A program made the position numbers and the translations under genes. From an uncultured Gammaproteobacteria bacterium (lineage in GTDB: Bacteria; Patescibacteriota; Patescibacteriia; Patescibacteriales; UBA12465): a stretch of DNA of 64,000 nucleotides. This document shows, piece after piece, positions 1-9,779 of this stretch. The notes beneath the pieces were generated by a model that was not told where the DNA came from, made no database searches, and saw only the letters and a list, made by a program, of their open reading frames with translations. The stretch is from positions 11,367 through 75,366 of the forward strand of contig CAZMYU010000002.1 in the NCBI GenBank assembly GCA_964570655.1, in the 5' to 3' direction. Each line of letters opens with the position of its first letter. The first letter of the stretch is position 1.

Positions 1-1
1 T

Positions 2-502
2 GGTCAGGTTAATGGTGCTATTTGGCAAGATTATCTGAGTAACAAAAGAATGGGCGCAGATATTAAACCTTTTAAAAGTCAGGATGTCTCGCTGGAGTTT
101 TGGTGGCAAAATATTGCCTATTCTGATGGCGGTCGATTAGAAGTAAAGTTAATGAGTCAGGGCAATACTTTCTTAGGGCTCATTCCTGATTATTTTAGAG
201 TCGGTGCTTATTTTAATAATAATTATTATATGCTCAGTCAGGGAGTGGGAGATCTTATTCCGGCTGATGCCAATTGGCATCATGTGGTCCTGGTTTATGA
301 TTCGACTCTAATGAAGCTTAGTCTATATGTTGATGGAGTTCCGCGCTGGGCGGCGACTGAAACTTGGTTGCCAGAGGAATTTTATGATCGAATTGAAATT
401 AATAATCAGGCTTTTAGTTCTGGAATTGATGAATTAAAAATTTGGCAGGGAGCACTCAGCGCCGAAGAAGTACTCCAAAATTATCAGCAAGGATTAAATT
501 GA
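2..502 (+). CDS. LamG/concanavalin A-like jellyroll domain protein, C-terminal part (5' end lies outside the window)
   Basis: Frame is open from position 2. Motifs WHHVVLVYD, LYVDG and IDELKIW..ALSAEEV are typical of LamG-like domains. Confidence 0.75.
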   Translation, partial: GQVNGAIWQDYLSNKRMGADIKPFKSQDVSLEFWWQNIAYSDGGRLEVKLMSQGNTFLGLIPDYFRVGAYFNNNYYMLSQGVGDLIPADANWHHVVLVYDSTLMKLSLYVDGVPRWAATETWLPEEFYDRIEINNQAFSSGIDELKIWQGALSAEEVLQNYQQGLN

Positions 503-508
503 TAAAAT

Positions 509-602
509 AGGACTTGAAGGACTTGCAGGACATGAAAGACGTGCAGGATATTAATGAAAAATCCTACACGTCTTTCTTGTCTTTCCTGTCTTTCACGTCT
601 TG
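509..602. repeat. Inverted repeat with 9-mer tandem arms between convergent genes
   Basis: Left arm is AGGACTTGA AGGACTTGC AGGACATGA AAGACGTGC AGGATATTA. Right arm is TCCTACACG TCTTTCTTG TCTTTCCTG TCTTTCACG TCTTG. Confidence 0.85.
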
Positions 603-607
603 TTTTT

Positions 608-943
608 TTATTCAATCACCACGGCTGTGCCATAGCAGAGAACTTCGGTAACGCCGTTCATAACATCATTAGCGTCATAACGCACACCGATAATGGCATT
701 AGCTCCGAGTTCTTGAGCATGCTTAGTCATGAGTTCATAGGCCTCATTGCGAGCTTTTTCGCAGAGCTCAGTAAAAAGCGAAATGTTTCCGCCCAAGATG
801 GTTTGCAGTGATCCGCCAATTGAGCCAATGATGGATCTAGATCTGACGGTGATGCCTTTGACTAATCCCAAATTTTTGACAATTTTTTTATTTGGCAATT
901 CAAAGGCGGTAGTGACATTGATTGATTCCATAAATTTTATCAT
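608..943 (-). CDS. YbjQ/UPF0145 family putative heavy-metal-binding protein
   Basis: Motifs [22 protein letters not shown] and EVLCYGTAV. The start may be the ATG at 931. Confidence 0.9.
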   Translation of the reverse strand: MIKFMESINVTTAFELPNKKIVKNLGLVKGITVRSRSIIGSIGGSLQTILGGNISLFTELCEKARNEAYELMTKHAQELGANAIIGVRYDANDVMNGVTEVLCYGTAVVIE

Positions 944-981
944 CTGCTCCCATACTCCTAATATTAGGAGTATGGGAGCAG
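944..981. repeat. Perfect 38-bp palindrome
   Basis: CTGCTCCCATACTCCTAAT|ATTAGGAGTATGGGAGCAG fills almost the whole prmC-ybjQ gap. Confidence 0.95.
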
Positions 982-984
982 GGG

Positions 985-1809
985 TTATTTTTGTTTATTA
1001 AATATAAAAAATCTATTGCGGCCACAGAGATCTTTTTTGATTAGGGTCTGGGGACCAAAAAGTTTTTTGATTTGCTGGCCTTGCTTGGGATCGATTTCGC
1101 CGATGAGGATGAGTTTTTGGAGATTCATTTTTTTTATTTGTCCGGCGAGTTCTCGGTAGTATTTGAGGCCGTTTGGTCCGCCGTCTAGGGCTAATTTCGG
1201 TTCGTATTTTATGCTCGGTGATTTTTTGATTTGGTCTTTAGTTAGATAGGGAAGATTGGCTAGGAGTAAGACCGGTTCAGTAATTTTTTTAATTGGAGCT
1301 AGTAGGTTGCCTTGGAAAAATTTTATTTTAACTCGATGATGTTTGGCGTTGAGCTTGGCAATTTTTAGCGCCGGCTTAGAAATATCAGTAGCTATAAAAT
1401 TTCCCGAAATTTTGGTGGCCAAAGTGATGGCAATAGTTCCAGGACCAGTTCCTAAATCAATAATTGTTTGGGGTTTAAATTTTGGTGCGTAGTTGAGAGC
1501 CAAATCAATCAAGGTTTCTGTTTCGGGGCGGGGAATTAGGGTGTGTTTATTAACCTTGAAATCTAGGCCATAAAATTCTTGGTGACCGACAATATAAGCC
1601 AGGGGAATATTTTGGAGTCGTTTGTTTAGGGCTAGATCAAATTTTTTTAAAATAGTTTTGGGAATAATTATCTCCGAGTGGGCTAGCAAATAGGCTCGGT
1701 CTTTTTGGAAAATTTCTGACAACAAAAATTCCGCCTCTAGAGAAGCGAAATCGATGTGCTGGGCTATTAATTTTTTGGTGGCCAGAGCCAATATCTCTTT
1801 AACTTGCAT
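985..1809 (-). CDS. prmC: Release factor glutamine methyltransferase
   Basis: [26 protein letters not shown] and NLPY motifs; overlaps the end of prfA. Confidence 0.95.
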   Translation of the reverse strand: MQVKEILALATKKLIAQHIDFASLEAEFLLSEIFQKDRAYLLAHSEIIIPKTILKKFDLALNKRLQNIPLAYIVGHQEFYGLDFKVNKHTLIPRPETETLIDLALNYAPKFKPQTIIDLGTGPGTIAITLATKISGNFIATDISKPALKIAKLNAKHHRVKIKFFQGNLLAPIKKITEPVLLLANLPYLTKDQIKKSPSIKYEPKLALDGGPNGLKYYRELAGQIKKMNLQKLILIGEIDPKQGQQIKKLFGPQTLIKKDLCGRNRFFIFNKQK

Positions 1810-2851
1810 TTTTGCTTTGTCGTTTAGCTTTTTTGTAAGTAGTAATAATTTCTAGCAAGTTGCCGTCTAAGACATCGGTGAGATTATGCCAATTATGATT
1901 GATGCGATGATCGGTTAGCCGGTCTTGGGGGAAATTATAAGTTTTTATCTTGTCACTTCTGTCACCCGAGCCGACTTGTTCTTTGCGTTCCTTGGAATCT
2001 TGGGCGAGACGTTCGTCTTCGATTTTGGCTAGGAGCCGTGATCTGAGAATTTGCAGAGCTCTTTCTTTGTTTTGGTGTTGGGATTTTTGGTCTTGGCAAC
2101 TAACCGTGAGGCCAGTGGGCAGATGGGTGACGCGAATAGCTGAATAGGTAGTGTTGACACTTTGACCACCTGGTCCAGAAGAACAAAAAGTATCAATGCG
2201 AATATCTTGTGGGTTAATAACAATATCAACTTCTTCGGCTTCTGGTAAAACCACCACTGTTGAGGTGGAGGTGTGGACCCGGCCCTGCTTTTCGGTTTCG
2301 GGAACTCTTTGGACGCGATGAGTGCCGGCTTCGTATTTGAGTAGTCCGTAAACTCCTTTGCCATGAATGGCAAAAATAATTTCTTTAAAACCACCGATGC
2401 CAATGCGATTAGAATCTAAAATTTCGGTTTTCCAACCTTGACGTTCGGCAAAACGATTGTACATTCTAAATAGATCAGCGGTAAATAGCGCCGATTCATC
2501 GCCTCCGGCTCCAGCTCGGATCTCGATAATGGCATCTCGGGCATCATTGGGACTATCGGGATGAATTTTGTCTTCGATATCTTCGATTAATTTCTCTTGA
2601 GCTTCTATGAGAGGAGCCAATTCTTCTTCGGCTATTTTTTTAAATTCCAGATCGTTATCGCTGGCAATAATTTCTTGATTGTCGGCAATCTGCTTTTGGA
2701 TTTTTTCTAATTCCAAAACCAGCTCGTTAATGATTTTTAAACGGGCTTGTTCCTTGCCAACTTTAGCGTACTCGGATTGATTTTTGATTAGATCCGGGTC
2801 GGATATTTTGGCAGTCAACTCGGCAAATTGTGTTTTGATGTCTTCAAACAT
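1799..2851 (-). CDS. prfA: Peptide chain release factor 1
   Basis: EIRAGAGGDE, HRVQRVPETE (PxT motif), GPGGQSVN and YNFPQDRLTDHR. Confidence 0.98.
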   Translation of the reverse strand: MFEDIKTQFAELTAKISDPDLIKNQSEYAKVGKEQARLKIINELVLELEKIQKQIADNQEIIASDNDLEFKKIAEEELAPLIEAQEKLIEDIEDKIHPDSPNDARDAIIEIRAGAGGDESALFTADLFRMYNRFAERQGWKTEILDSNRIGIGGFKEIIFAIHGKGVYGLLKYEAGTHRVQRVPETEKQGRVHTSTSTVVVLPEAEEVDIVINPQDIRIDTFCSSGPGGQSVNTTYSAIRVTHLPTGLTVSCQDQKSQHQNKERALQILRSRLLAKIEDERLAQDSKERKEQVGSGDRSDKIKTYNFPQDRLTDHRINHNWHNLTDVLDGNLLEIITTYKKAKRQSKNAS

Positions 2852-2941
2852 AAATAGTGTTAAAACTCTTAATATACAATTAACCCCCCTAGATAGTTTA
2901 TCATAAATAAACTAGGCTTAGGAGGGCTAATTTGAAAGTAG

Positions 2942-3229
2942 TTATTTTTTTGATTTTCCGGTAGTTTTTTTAGCGGTTTTGGCAGCTCTTTTGACCTTTT
3001 TGCCTTTTCTGGTTTCAGAAGCTTCTTTTTGCTTGGCCACTTTGGCATGGAATTTTTCGGCTCGGCGAGCAGTATCCACCAATTTCTGTTTACCGGTATA
3101 GAAAGGATGGCAGACTGAGCAGAGGTCAACCTTAATCTCTGGTTCAGTGGAGCCAGTTTCAAAAGTATGGCCACAAGCGCAAATAACTTTGGCATTAGTA
3201 TAATACTTAGGATGAGTATCTTTCTTCAT
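2942..3229 (-). CDS. rpmE: 50S ribosomal protein L31 (Zn-binding type, Lys-rich tail)
   Basis: [25 protein letters not shown]. Confidence 0.97.
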   Translation of the reverse strand: MKKDTHPKYYTNAKVICACGHTFETGSTEPEIKVDLCSVCHPFYTGKQKLVDTARRAEKFHAKVAKQKEASETRKGKKVKRAAKTAKKTTGKSKK

Positions 3230-3301
3230 ATTTTTAGCTTATTAATAATAATGATTAATGCTATCACAACTTTAATTATAAGTCAAAAAGTTGGTGTAAA
3301 C

Positions 3302-3359
3302 TTGACATATTTTATTTTCTATGCTATTATTGGGCATTAATTAAAAAGTCCTTAAAAAT
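3302..3359 (+). promoter_or_regulatory. Sigma70 promoter with boxA-like leader element
   Basis: TTGACA (3302), 17 nt, TGc-TATTAT (3325), then GTCCTTAAAAAT at 3348. Confidence 0.6.
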
Positions 3360-3417
3360 GAAAAAAGAGTTTGATTCATTGTGGTAGTTTTTTTGTCAAA
3401 CAAAAAAATCTATTACC

Positions 3418-3810
3418 ATGAAAAAAATTAGTTTTTTAGTGTCCGTTACTTGTCGTATCTATTCTGATAATCATCAGGAGATGACCAAAGCTTTTTATAC
3501 CCATATTCGACCAGATCTATTGGAACACGATTTCGAATATCGGCTCTCTATTTCTAATGAGCCCTGGGATATTGAAACTAGTGATCTATGTATCTGGGAG
3601 AGGATTATCGACCGCGAATATGATTTTTCATTGTCTGTTTCTTGTTTTGATGGCGAAACAAAGTTGTCAGAATTAGGAATAGAGATGGAGAAAAAATTAT
3701 TTGCCAAGGTGATAATTATGCGAGAAAAAGCCAAAAGTTATCAGCTGTTGATAAACGAATTAGAGTCCCTAGGATATTTGCATTATCTGGGAATTGACGA
3801 ACCACAGTAA
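3418..3810 (+). CDS. Hypothetical (orphan) protein
   Basis: 130-aa ORF with its own promoter and a downstream terminator; no recognisable motif. Confidence 0.65.
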   Translation: MKKISFLVSVTCRIYSDNHQEMTKAFYTHIRPDLLEHDFEYRLSISNEPWDIETSDLCIWERIIDREYDFSLSVSCFDGETKLSELGIEMEKKLFAKVIIMREKAKSYQLLINELESLGYLHYLGIDEPQ

Positions 3811-3877
3811 TGGAACTAAAAAACGGAAAAGTCCAAACAAGGTGAGGCGAAGTTTTAGTAGCTCGATCCGCTGGCAT

Positions 3878-3905
3878 GAGAGTCTCCTTTGACTCTCTTT
3901 TTTTT
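3878..3905 (+). terminator. Intrinsic terminator
   Basis: GAGAGTC-tccttt-GACTCTC followed by a T run. Confidence 0.75.
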
Positions 3906-3920
3906 GTATTGATGTTAGGG

Positions 3921-3977
3921 TTGACTTCAAAATATAATAATGTTATCTTGTTTAATTATTAAATAGTTTTTTGAAAA
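3921..3977 (+). promoter_or_regulatory. Sigma70 promoter with boxA-like leader element
   Basis: TTGACT (3921), 17 nt, TGt-TATCTT (3944), then GTTTTTTGAAAA at 3966. Confidence 0.55.
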
Positions 3978-4007
3978 AAAATAATATTCTAAATATAAGG
4001 AGGAATT

Positions 4008-4751
4008 TTGAAAACAAATAATTTAAAAAAATGGTTAATTTGGGATTTGGATGGAACCTTATTGAATTCCATTGGGCCAGCCATTCAATTTTTTAGGAAG
4101 ATGGCCATGCTGTCTTCTTTACCAGTGCCGAGCACTGACTTCTTGGTAAAAATTTGGGGGCAAAGGTTCACTACCAAAATAGTTCCTTTGGTGGCGGAGA
4201 AATATAATTGGAATAACAATCAGATTAAAAAATTCCTAGATCGTTGGAACAATTTTTTCCCTAAAGAGGCAGATAAAATCAATAAGCCTTTTGCCAATGT
4301 CAAAGAAGTTTTGTTGGCCTGCAAACAGTTGGGTTTGCATAATGTCATCATTAGCAACCGGACGCAGATAGATCTAATTGATATATTTAATAATTCTGAA
4401 CTTTCCAGCGATTTATTTGATCATTTGCGTGGGCATGATTTTTGTCCGGAAGAAGGTGAATTGGTCAAGCCTAATTCTCGAGTCTTGACTTCCTTTATGA
4501 CCAAAACTGGAGCTCAGCCTAGCCAAATTGTAGGCATTGGCGATTCTATCAAAAACGATTACGAGCTTTTCAAAAGTCAGGGCATAGATTTTATTGCTAT
4601 GACTGGGATTTTGCATTCTCGGGAAGATTTTGCCAAAGCCGGCGTTCCAAAGGATTTTATTGTATCCTCTCCTCAGGAAATATTCCCGATTTTGGAAAAA
4701 CATTTTGCCGTAGTTAGTTCGGCGCTCCTGGCTCATTTGTTACTCTGGTAA
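4008..4751 (+). CDS. HAD-superfamily hydrolase (phosphoglycolate phosphatase-like)
   Basis: WDLDGTL motif I, ISN motif II, KP and IGDS..ND motif IV. AAGGAGG precedes a TTG start. Confidence 0.9.
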   Translation: MKTNNLKKWLIWDLDGTLLNSIGPAIQFFRKMAMLSSLPVPSTDFLVKIWGQRFTTKIVPLVAEKYNWNNNQIKKFLDRWNNFFPKEADKINKPFANVKEVLLACKQLGLHNVIISNRTQIDLIDIFNNSELSSDLFDHLRGHDFCPEEGELVKPNSRVLTSFMTKTGAQPSQIVGIGDSIKNDYELFKSQGIDFIAMTGILHSREDFAKAGVPKDFIVSSPQEIFPILEKHFAVVSSALLAHLLLW

Positions 4752-4788
4752 TTAATCTGGCCTAGTTTTGATTGAAAACCCTTAAAAA

Positions 4789-4812
4789 CCCCGAAAAAAT
4801 TCGGGGCTTTTT
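4789..4812 (+). terminator. Intrinsic terminator
   Basis: CCCCGAA-aaaa-TTCGGGG followed by a T-rich tail. Confidence 0.65.
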
Positions 4813-4875
4813 ATTTTATTTAGAAAGATTGATTTTTTTGGGTCAATCTGTTAAAATAGAGGCAATATTAATTAT

Positions 4876-5295
4876 ATGACCCCAGCTAAATCCAAGAAAA
4901 AATCAAAATTTAACAAGTTAAATGATGAGCCTCAAGAAGAACAGCTCAATTTTTTAGATCCCAAATACCAAGAGGAGATTGCTCAAGAAAAAGCTAGCCA
5001 AGAAGCCAAGAATTCGGTTAAATGGCATGGCACTGTTTTTACTGGTAGGCAGGCCGAGATTGTTAGAAAAGCTAAAAATTTGGAAATTTCTTTTCATCCC
5101 GAATTAAGTTTGGAACAAATTGAAAACGAACCAATTAAATCTAGAGAAGATAATCAAGAAATAAACAAAGAAAAACCAGCGATCGATCTTCATCGGGAAT
5201 TAAAAGAAGAACCTAAAGAGCCAGAGAGTTTTGGTGGTGATGAAACTGAAAAACCTGGTTGGGAAAATTGGGGACGTTTTAATCGTTATCGTTAA
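4876..5295 (+). CDS. Hypothetical charged, low-complexity protein
   Basis: 139-aa E/K-rich ORF directly upstream of ileS. Confidence 0.6.
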   Translation: MTPAKSKKKSKFNKLNDEPQEEQLNFLDPKYQEEIAQEKASQEAKNSVKWHGTVFTGRQAEIVRKAKNLEISFHPELSLEQIENEPIKSREDNQEINKEKPAIDLHRELKEEPKEPESFGGDETEKPGWENWGRFNRYR

Positions 5296-5317
5296 TAAAA
5301 TAATTTTCAATTAATAT

Positions 5318-8236
5318 ATGGCTGATAATAAAAACTTTTGGGCTGTGGCCGAAGAAGACATCTTGAATTTTTGGGATAAAGCCAAAATATTTCAAAAAAC
5401 TATTGATAGACCGGCGGAGTCCGGTAATTTTGTTTTTTACGAAGGTCCGCCCACGGCTAATGGTCGTCCTGGTATTCATCATGTCCTAGCTCGCTCATTT
5501 AAAGATGTGATTCCTCGTTACAAAAGTATGAATGGCTTCAAGGTTCTTAGAAAGGCCGGTTGGGATACTCATGGATTACCAGTAGAATTACAAGTTGAAA
5601 AAGAACTCAAGATTTCTGGTAAGCCCGATATTGAGAAGTATGGTATTTTTGAATTCAATCAAAAATGTCGAGAGAGTGTTTGGAAATTCAAAGACGAATG
5701 GGAAAAAATGACTCGGCGAATTGCTTTTTGGCTGGATCTGGAGCACCCCTATATTACTTATGATAATTCTTATATCGAATCTTTGTGGTGGATAATTTCT
5801 CAGGCTAATGCCAAAAATTTGCTCTATCGAGGCCACAAAGTTGTTCCGCATTGTCCGCGTTGCGGCACGGCTCTGTCGACTCACGAAGTAGCCCAAGGGT
5901 ATAAATTGGTCAAAGATAATTCTTTGTATATTAATTTTAAAATTACTAAGGGCAACAATTTGGTGAGCCCCGGCGATTTTATATTGGCTTGGACGACTAC
6001 GCCGTGGACCTTGCCAGGCAATGTCGCTTTGGCTGTGGGTGAAGGCTTGGAATACGTCAAAGTCAAAAGTGGTGGTGATAATTATATTTTGGCCAAAAAA
6101 AGACTGGCTGATGTTTTTAAAACTCAGGGTTATGAAATTTTAGAAACTTTTGATGGTGAAGATTTGGTTGGAGTCGAGTACGAACCTTTATTTAAAATTG
6201 ATTCTATTTTGGCTAGCGGCAAAAAGGCTTATTATGTTTCTTTGGCCAATTTTGTGACTACCGAAGATGGCAGTGGTGTTGTGCATACGGCGGTGATGTA
6301 CGGAGAAGATGATTATGATTTTGGTCATAAGCTAGATTTGCCAAAAATTCATACCGTTGATGAGAACGGTAATTTTTCTGAAGAATTAAAAGCTTATGGC
6401 TTGGGTGCTAAGTTTGTCAAAGATGAGGCGACTGAAAAAATAATTATTGATGTTTTACAAAAAGATGGTCGGATCTTTAAAGAAGAAGTCTATGAACATG
6501 ACTACCCTTATTGTTGGCGTTGCGATACTCCGCTTTTGTATTATGCCAAAGATTCTTGGTTTTTGCAGATGAGCAGTTTGCGCGAGGAGCTCATCAAAAA
6601 TAATTCTACAATTAATTGGATACCTAGTCATATCAAAGAAGGTCGTTTTGGTGAGTGGTTGACCAATGTTAAGGATTGGGCAATTTCTCGTGAAAGATAT
6701 TGGGGAACACCATTACCAATTTGGGAATGTGCTTGTGGTGGTCGAGAAGTGATTAGCAGCGTGGAGTCTCTCAGTAAAAAGAGTGGTCAGGCTATAAGTT
6801 TGGAATCCGATTTGCATCGTCCAGCTATTGATAATATTAATATTCCTTGTCCCAGTTGTGCCAAGCCAATGACCAGGGTCAAGGAAGTTTTTGATTGCTG
6901 GTTTGATAGTGGTGCTATGCCCCTGGCTCAACATCATTATCCTTTTGAGAACAAAGCGTTAATTGATAGTGGTGAGCAATATCCGGCCGAGTTTATTTGT
7001 GAAGCTATTGATCAAACTCGTGGTTGGTTTTATACTCTCTTGGCTCTGGGGACTATTTTGGGCAAAGGCAGTCCTTATAAAAATGTAATTTGTTTGGGGC
7101 ATATTAATGATAAATATGGCAAAAAAATGTCCAAGAGCAAGGGCAATATCGTTGACCCCTGGGAGGTAATGGATGCTTATGGCGCCGATGCTGTAAGACT
7201 TCATATGTATACTATTAATCAACCAGGCGAAGGTAAGCGTTATGATCTAGAGGATGTCAAAGAGGTTTTTCGCCAAAATATCATGTTGATTTTAAATATT
7301 TATAAGTTTTATGAATTGTATGCCGATCCCAAAGGTAGTCCTGATAATCAATTAGAACCAAAATCGGATAACATTTTGGATCAGTGGATACTTTTGAAAT
7401 TGAATAAATTGATTATTAAATTGACTGCTGATTTAGATAAATACCATATTTATGAATCGGCTCGAGAGATTCCAATTTTTATTAATGAGCTTTCTACTTG
7501 GTATTTGCGCCGTTCTCGAGATAGATTCAAATCTGAAGATGAGACCGACAAGCAACAAGTTCTCGGCACTATGTCTTTTGTTTTGCTTAGCTTAGCCAAG
7601 CTGATGGCTCCATTCATGCCTTTCATTTCCGAGCAACTCTATCAAAAAATAACTGGGGCAAATTATCAAGATGACAATTTGAGTGTCCATTTGAGTATTT
7701 GGCCTAAGGCTCAGAAACTAAAAGATGATTTAGAAATTTTAAGCAAGATGGATAAGGCGCGAGAAATTGTGGAGATGGGTCTTTCGGCTCGGGATAAATC
7801 AGGCATCAAAGTTCGACAGGTTTTGGCCAAGATTACAGTGAGTGGTCTAAAAGAAGAGTTGGACCAGGCTTATCAGGATTTAATCACTGATGAATTAAAT
7901 GTGAAAGAAATGATGGTGAGCAAAAAAGGCGATCAGTTGCAGGTTGATTTAGACACCGTCTTGACGCCAGAATTAAAATTGGAAGGTCTCAAGAGAGAAG
8001 TGGTCAGATCTATCAATCAATTGCGCAAAGAGGCGGGGCTGACAGTTGGTGACTTGGCTGATGTTATTTTTAGCGAGGCTAGTGGTGATTTGGGAGAGGT
8101 TTTAAAAACTATGGCTGAGGCGATTAAAAAAGAAACTTTTTCTCGAGATTTGAAAGTGGAGGCGATTTCTAATAATTTAATTAAAAAAGATATTAAGTTA
8201 GACGATTATCAATTGACAATCGCGCTTAATAAATAA
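5318..8236 (+). CDS. ileS: Isoleucine--tRNA ligase, type 2 (IleRS2)
   Basis: EGPPTANGRPGIHH, GWDTHGLPVE, WTTTPWTL, SRERYWGTPLP, DQTRGWFY and KMSKS. Confidence 0.97.
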   Translation: MADNKNFWAVAEEDILNFWDKAKIFQKTIDRPAESGNFVFYEGPPTANGRPGIHHVLARSFKDVIPRYKSMNGFKVLRKAGWDTHGLPVELQVEKELKISGKPDIEKYGIFEFNQKCRESVWKFKDEWEKMTRRIAFWLDLEHPYITYDNSYIESLWWIISQANAKNLLYRGHKVVPHCPRCGTALSTHEVAQGYKLVKDNSLYINFKITKGNNLVSPGDFILAWTTTPWTLPGNVALAVGEGLEYVKVKSGGDNYILAKKRLADVFKTQGYEILETFDGEDLVGVEYEPLFKIDSILASGKKAYYVSLANFVTTEDGSGVVHTAVMYGEDDYDFGHKLDLPKIHTVDENGNFSEELKAYGLGAKFVKDEATEKIIIDVLQKDGRIFKEEVYEHDYPYCWRCDTPLLYYAKDSWFLQMSSLREELIKNNSTINWIPSHIKEGRFGEWLTNVKDWAISRERYWGTPLPIWECACGGREVISSVESLSKKSGQAISLESDLHRPAIDNINIPCPSCAKPMTRVKEVFDCWFDSGAMPLAQHHYPFENKALIDSGEQYPAEFICEAIDQTRGWFYTLLALGTILGKGSPYKNVICLGHINDKYGKKMSKSKGNIVDPWEVMDAYGADAVRLHMYTINQPGEGKRYDLEDVKEVFRQNIMLILNIYKFYELYADPKGSPDNQLEPKSDNILDQWILLKLNKLIIKLTADLDKYHIYESAREIPIFINELSTWYLRRSRDRFKSEDETDKQQVLGTMSFVLLSLAKLMAPFMPFISEQLYQKITGANYQDDNLSVHLSIWPKAQKLKDDLEILSKMDKAREIVEMGLSARDKSGIKVRQVLAKITVSGLKEELDQAYQDLITDELNVKEMMVSKKGDQLQVDLDTVLTPELKLEGLKREVVRSINQLRKEAGLTVGDLADVIFSEASGDLGEVLKTMAEAIKKETFSRDLKVEAISNNLIKKDIKLDDYQLTIALNK

Positions 8237-8240
8237 AAAT

Positions 8241-8804
8241 ATGACCATATTTTGGATTGTACTCGCGATTATTATCGCGTTAGCTCTAATAATTATCGGT
8301 TTGTATAATGGGCTTATTCGTCTCAAAAATCGGGTTGATGAAGCTAGGAGTGATATGGATGTGCAAATGAAAAGACGTTACGACCTGATTCCTAATTTGG
8401 TGGAGACAGTCAAAGGTTATGCCGCCCATGAAAGTCAAACTTTAGAAAAAGTAGTGGAGGCTCGTAACCAAGCGATGGCCGCCAATAAAAGTGGTGATTT
8501 GAAAGCCGAGGCTCAGGCGGAAAACTTTTTGTCCGGAACCCTTAAATCTTTGTTTGCTCTTAGTGAAAGTTATCCAGATCTCAAGGCCAATACCAATTTT
8601 TTGGATTTGCAAAAAGAATTAACTGATACTGAGGACAAGATTATGGCTTCTCGTCGTTTCTACAATAGTAATGTGCGCGAATTTAATATTAAGCTACAAG
8701 TTTTCCCATCCAATATTATTGCCGGTTTCTTAGGTTTCAAAGCTCAACTCTATTTTGAAATCACCGAAGAAGCGGCCAAAGAACCCGTCAAAGTGCAATT
8801 CTAA
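8241..8804 (+). CDS. lemA: LemA family protein
   Basis: N-terminal TM helix, RRYDLIPNLVETVKGYAAHE, ESYPDLKAN and RRFYN. Confidence 0.95.
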   Translation: MTIFWIVLAIIIALALIIIGLYNGLIRLKNRVDEARSDMDVQMKRRYDLIPNLVETVKGYAAHESQTLEKVVEARNQAMAANKSGDLKAEAQAENFLSGTLKSLFALSESYPDLKANTNFLDLQKELTDTEDKIMASRRFYNSNVREFNIKLQVFPSNIIAGFLGFKAQLYFEITEEAAKEPVKVQF

Positions 8805-8807
8805 ATT

Positions 8808-9719
8808 ATGAATCTCTATAATAATGTTGCCAAAAATAGTCGTCGGACCTGGCTACTGATGTCGGTATTTTTTGTGGTGGTAGTTTTGGTTGGCTGGGTT
8901 TTTTCTTCGGCCATGGGTGCTCCGGAGATTCTGTATGTTGTGGTGGCTTTTGCCATCATCTCTTCTTTTGTTAGTTATTGGTTCAGCGACAAAATTGTTT
9001 TGTCACTCAGTGGTGCCAAAGAAGTGACTCATGAAAATGCTCGTGACTTGTATCATGTTGTCGAAAATTTATGTATTACGGCCGGACTACCAAATCCCAA
9101 AATTTATATTATTCAAGATAGCGCTCCTAATGCTTTTGCCACTGGTCGTGACAAAGATCATGCGGTCATTGTTTTTACTACTGGGATTTTAGAAAAACTA
9201 GAAAAGCCCGAGTTAGAAGGAGTCGTGGCACACGAATTATCGCATATTGGTAATCGGGATATTTTGCTAGCGACCATGGTTACGGTGTTAGTTGGCGTTG
9301 TGGTCCTCTTGGCTGATTGGTTTCGTCACTGGTCGCTGTTTGGTGGTCGTCGACGGGGAAGTGATAATGATAATAATCAGATCGCTTTGATTATTACCAT
9401 TGTGGCTATTGTTTTTTCTATCCTAGCTCCGCTCTTTGCCTATCTAATGCAATTTGCTATTTCGCGCAAACGAGAATATCTAGCTGATAGTAGTGGGGCG
9501 CTGCTCACTCGTTATCCCGAAGGTTTAGCTCGAGCTCTAGAAAAAATTTCTAGCGACACTGAGCCACTAGAAGCGGCTAATCGAGCCACGGCTCATTTAT
9601 ATATTGCCTCGCCGTTTAAAGACGATAGTCGGACCAAGCCATCAAATTTTGCCAAACTCTTTATGACTCATCCGCCAATTCAGGATAGGATCAAAAAATT
9701 GCGGGATATGAGTATATAA
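8808..9719 (+). CDS. htpX: M48 zinc metalloprotease HtpX
   Basis: PNAFATG, AHELSH (HExxH), SRKREYLAD and THPP; follows lemA. Confidence 0.95.
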   Translation: MNLYNNVAKNSRRTWLLMSVFFVVVVLVGWVFSSAMGAPEILYVVVAFAIISSFVSYWFSDKIVLSLSGAKEVTHENARDLYHVVENLCITAGLPNPKIYIIQDSAPNAFATGRDKDHAVIVFTTGILEKLEKPELEGVVAHELSHIGNRDILLATMVTVLVGVVVLLADWFRHWSLFGGRRRGSDNDNNQIALIITIVAIVFSILAPLFAYLMQFAISRKREYLADSSGALLTRYPEGLARALEKISSDTEPLEAANRATAHLYIASPFKDDSRTKPSNFAKLFMTHPPIQDRIKKLRDMSI

Positions 9720-9736
9720 TCTTTTATAGAAAATTT

Positions 9737-9768
9737 AAAAAGGCTTGTCGTATTGACAAGCCTTTTTT
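9737..9768. terminator. Bidirectional intrinsic terminator
   Basis: AAAAAGGCTTGTC-gtatt-GACAAGCCTTTTT between convergent genes. Confidence 0.85.
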
Positions 9769-9779
9769 GGTTGTTCGAA

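Noticed and set aside
3418-4751. Integron cassette array of orphan genes
   Set aside because: No convincing attC (RYYYAAC...GTTRRRY) pairs and no integrase; each gene has its own promoter and terminator.
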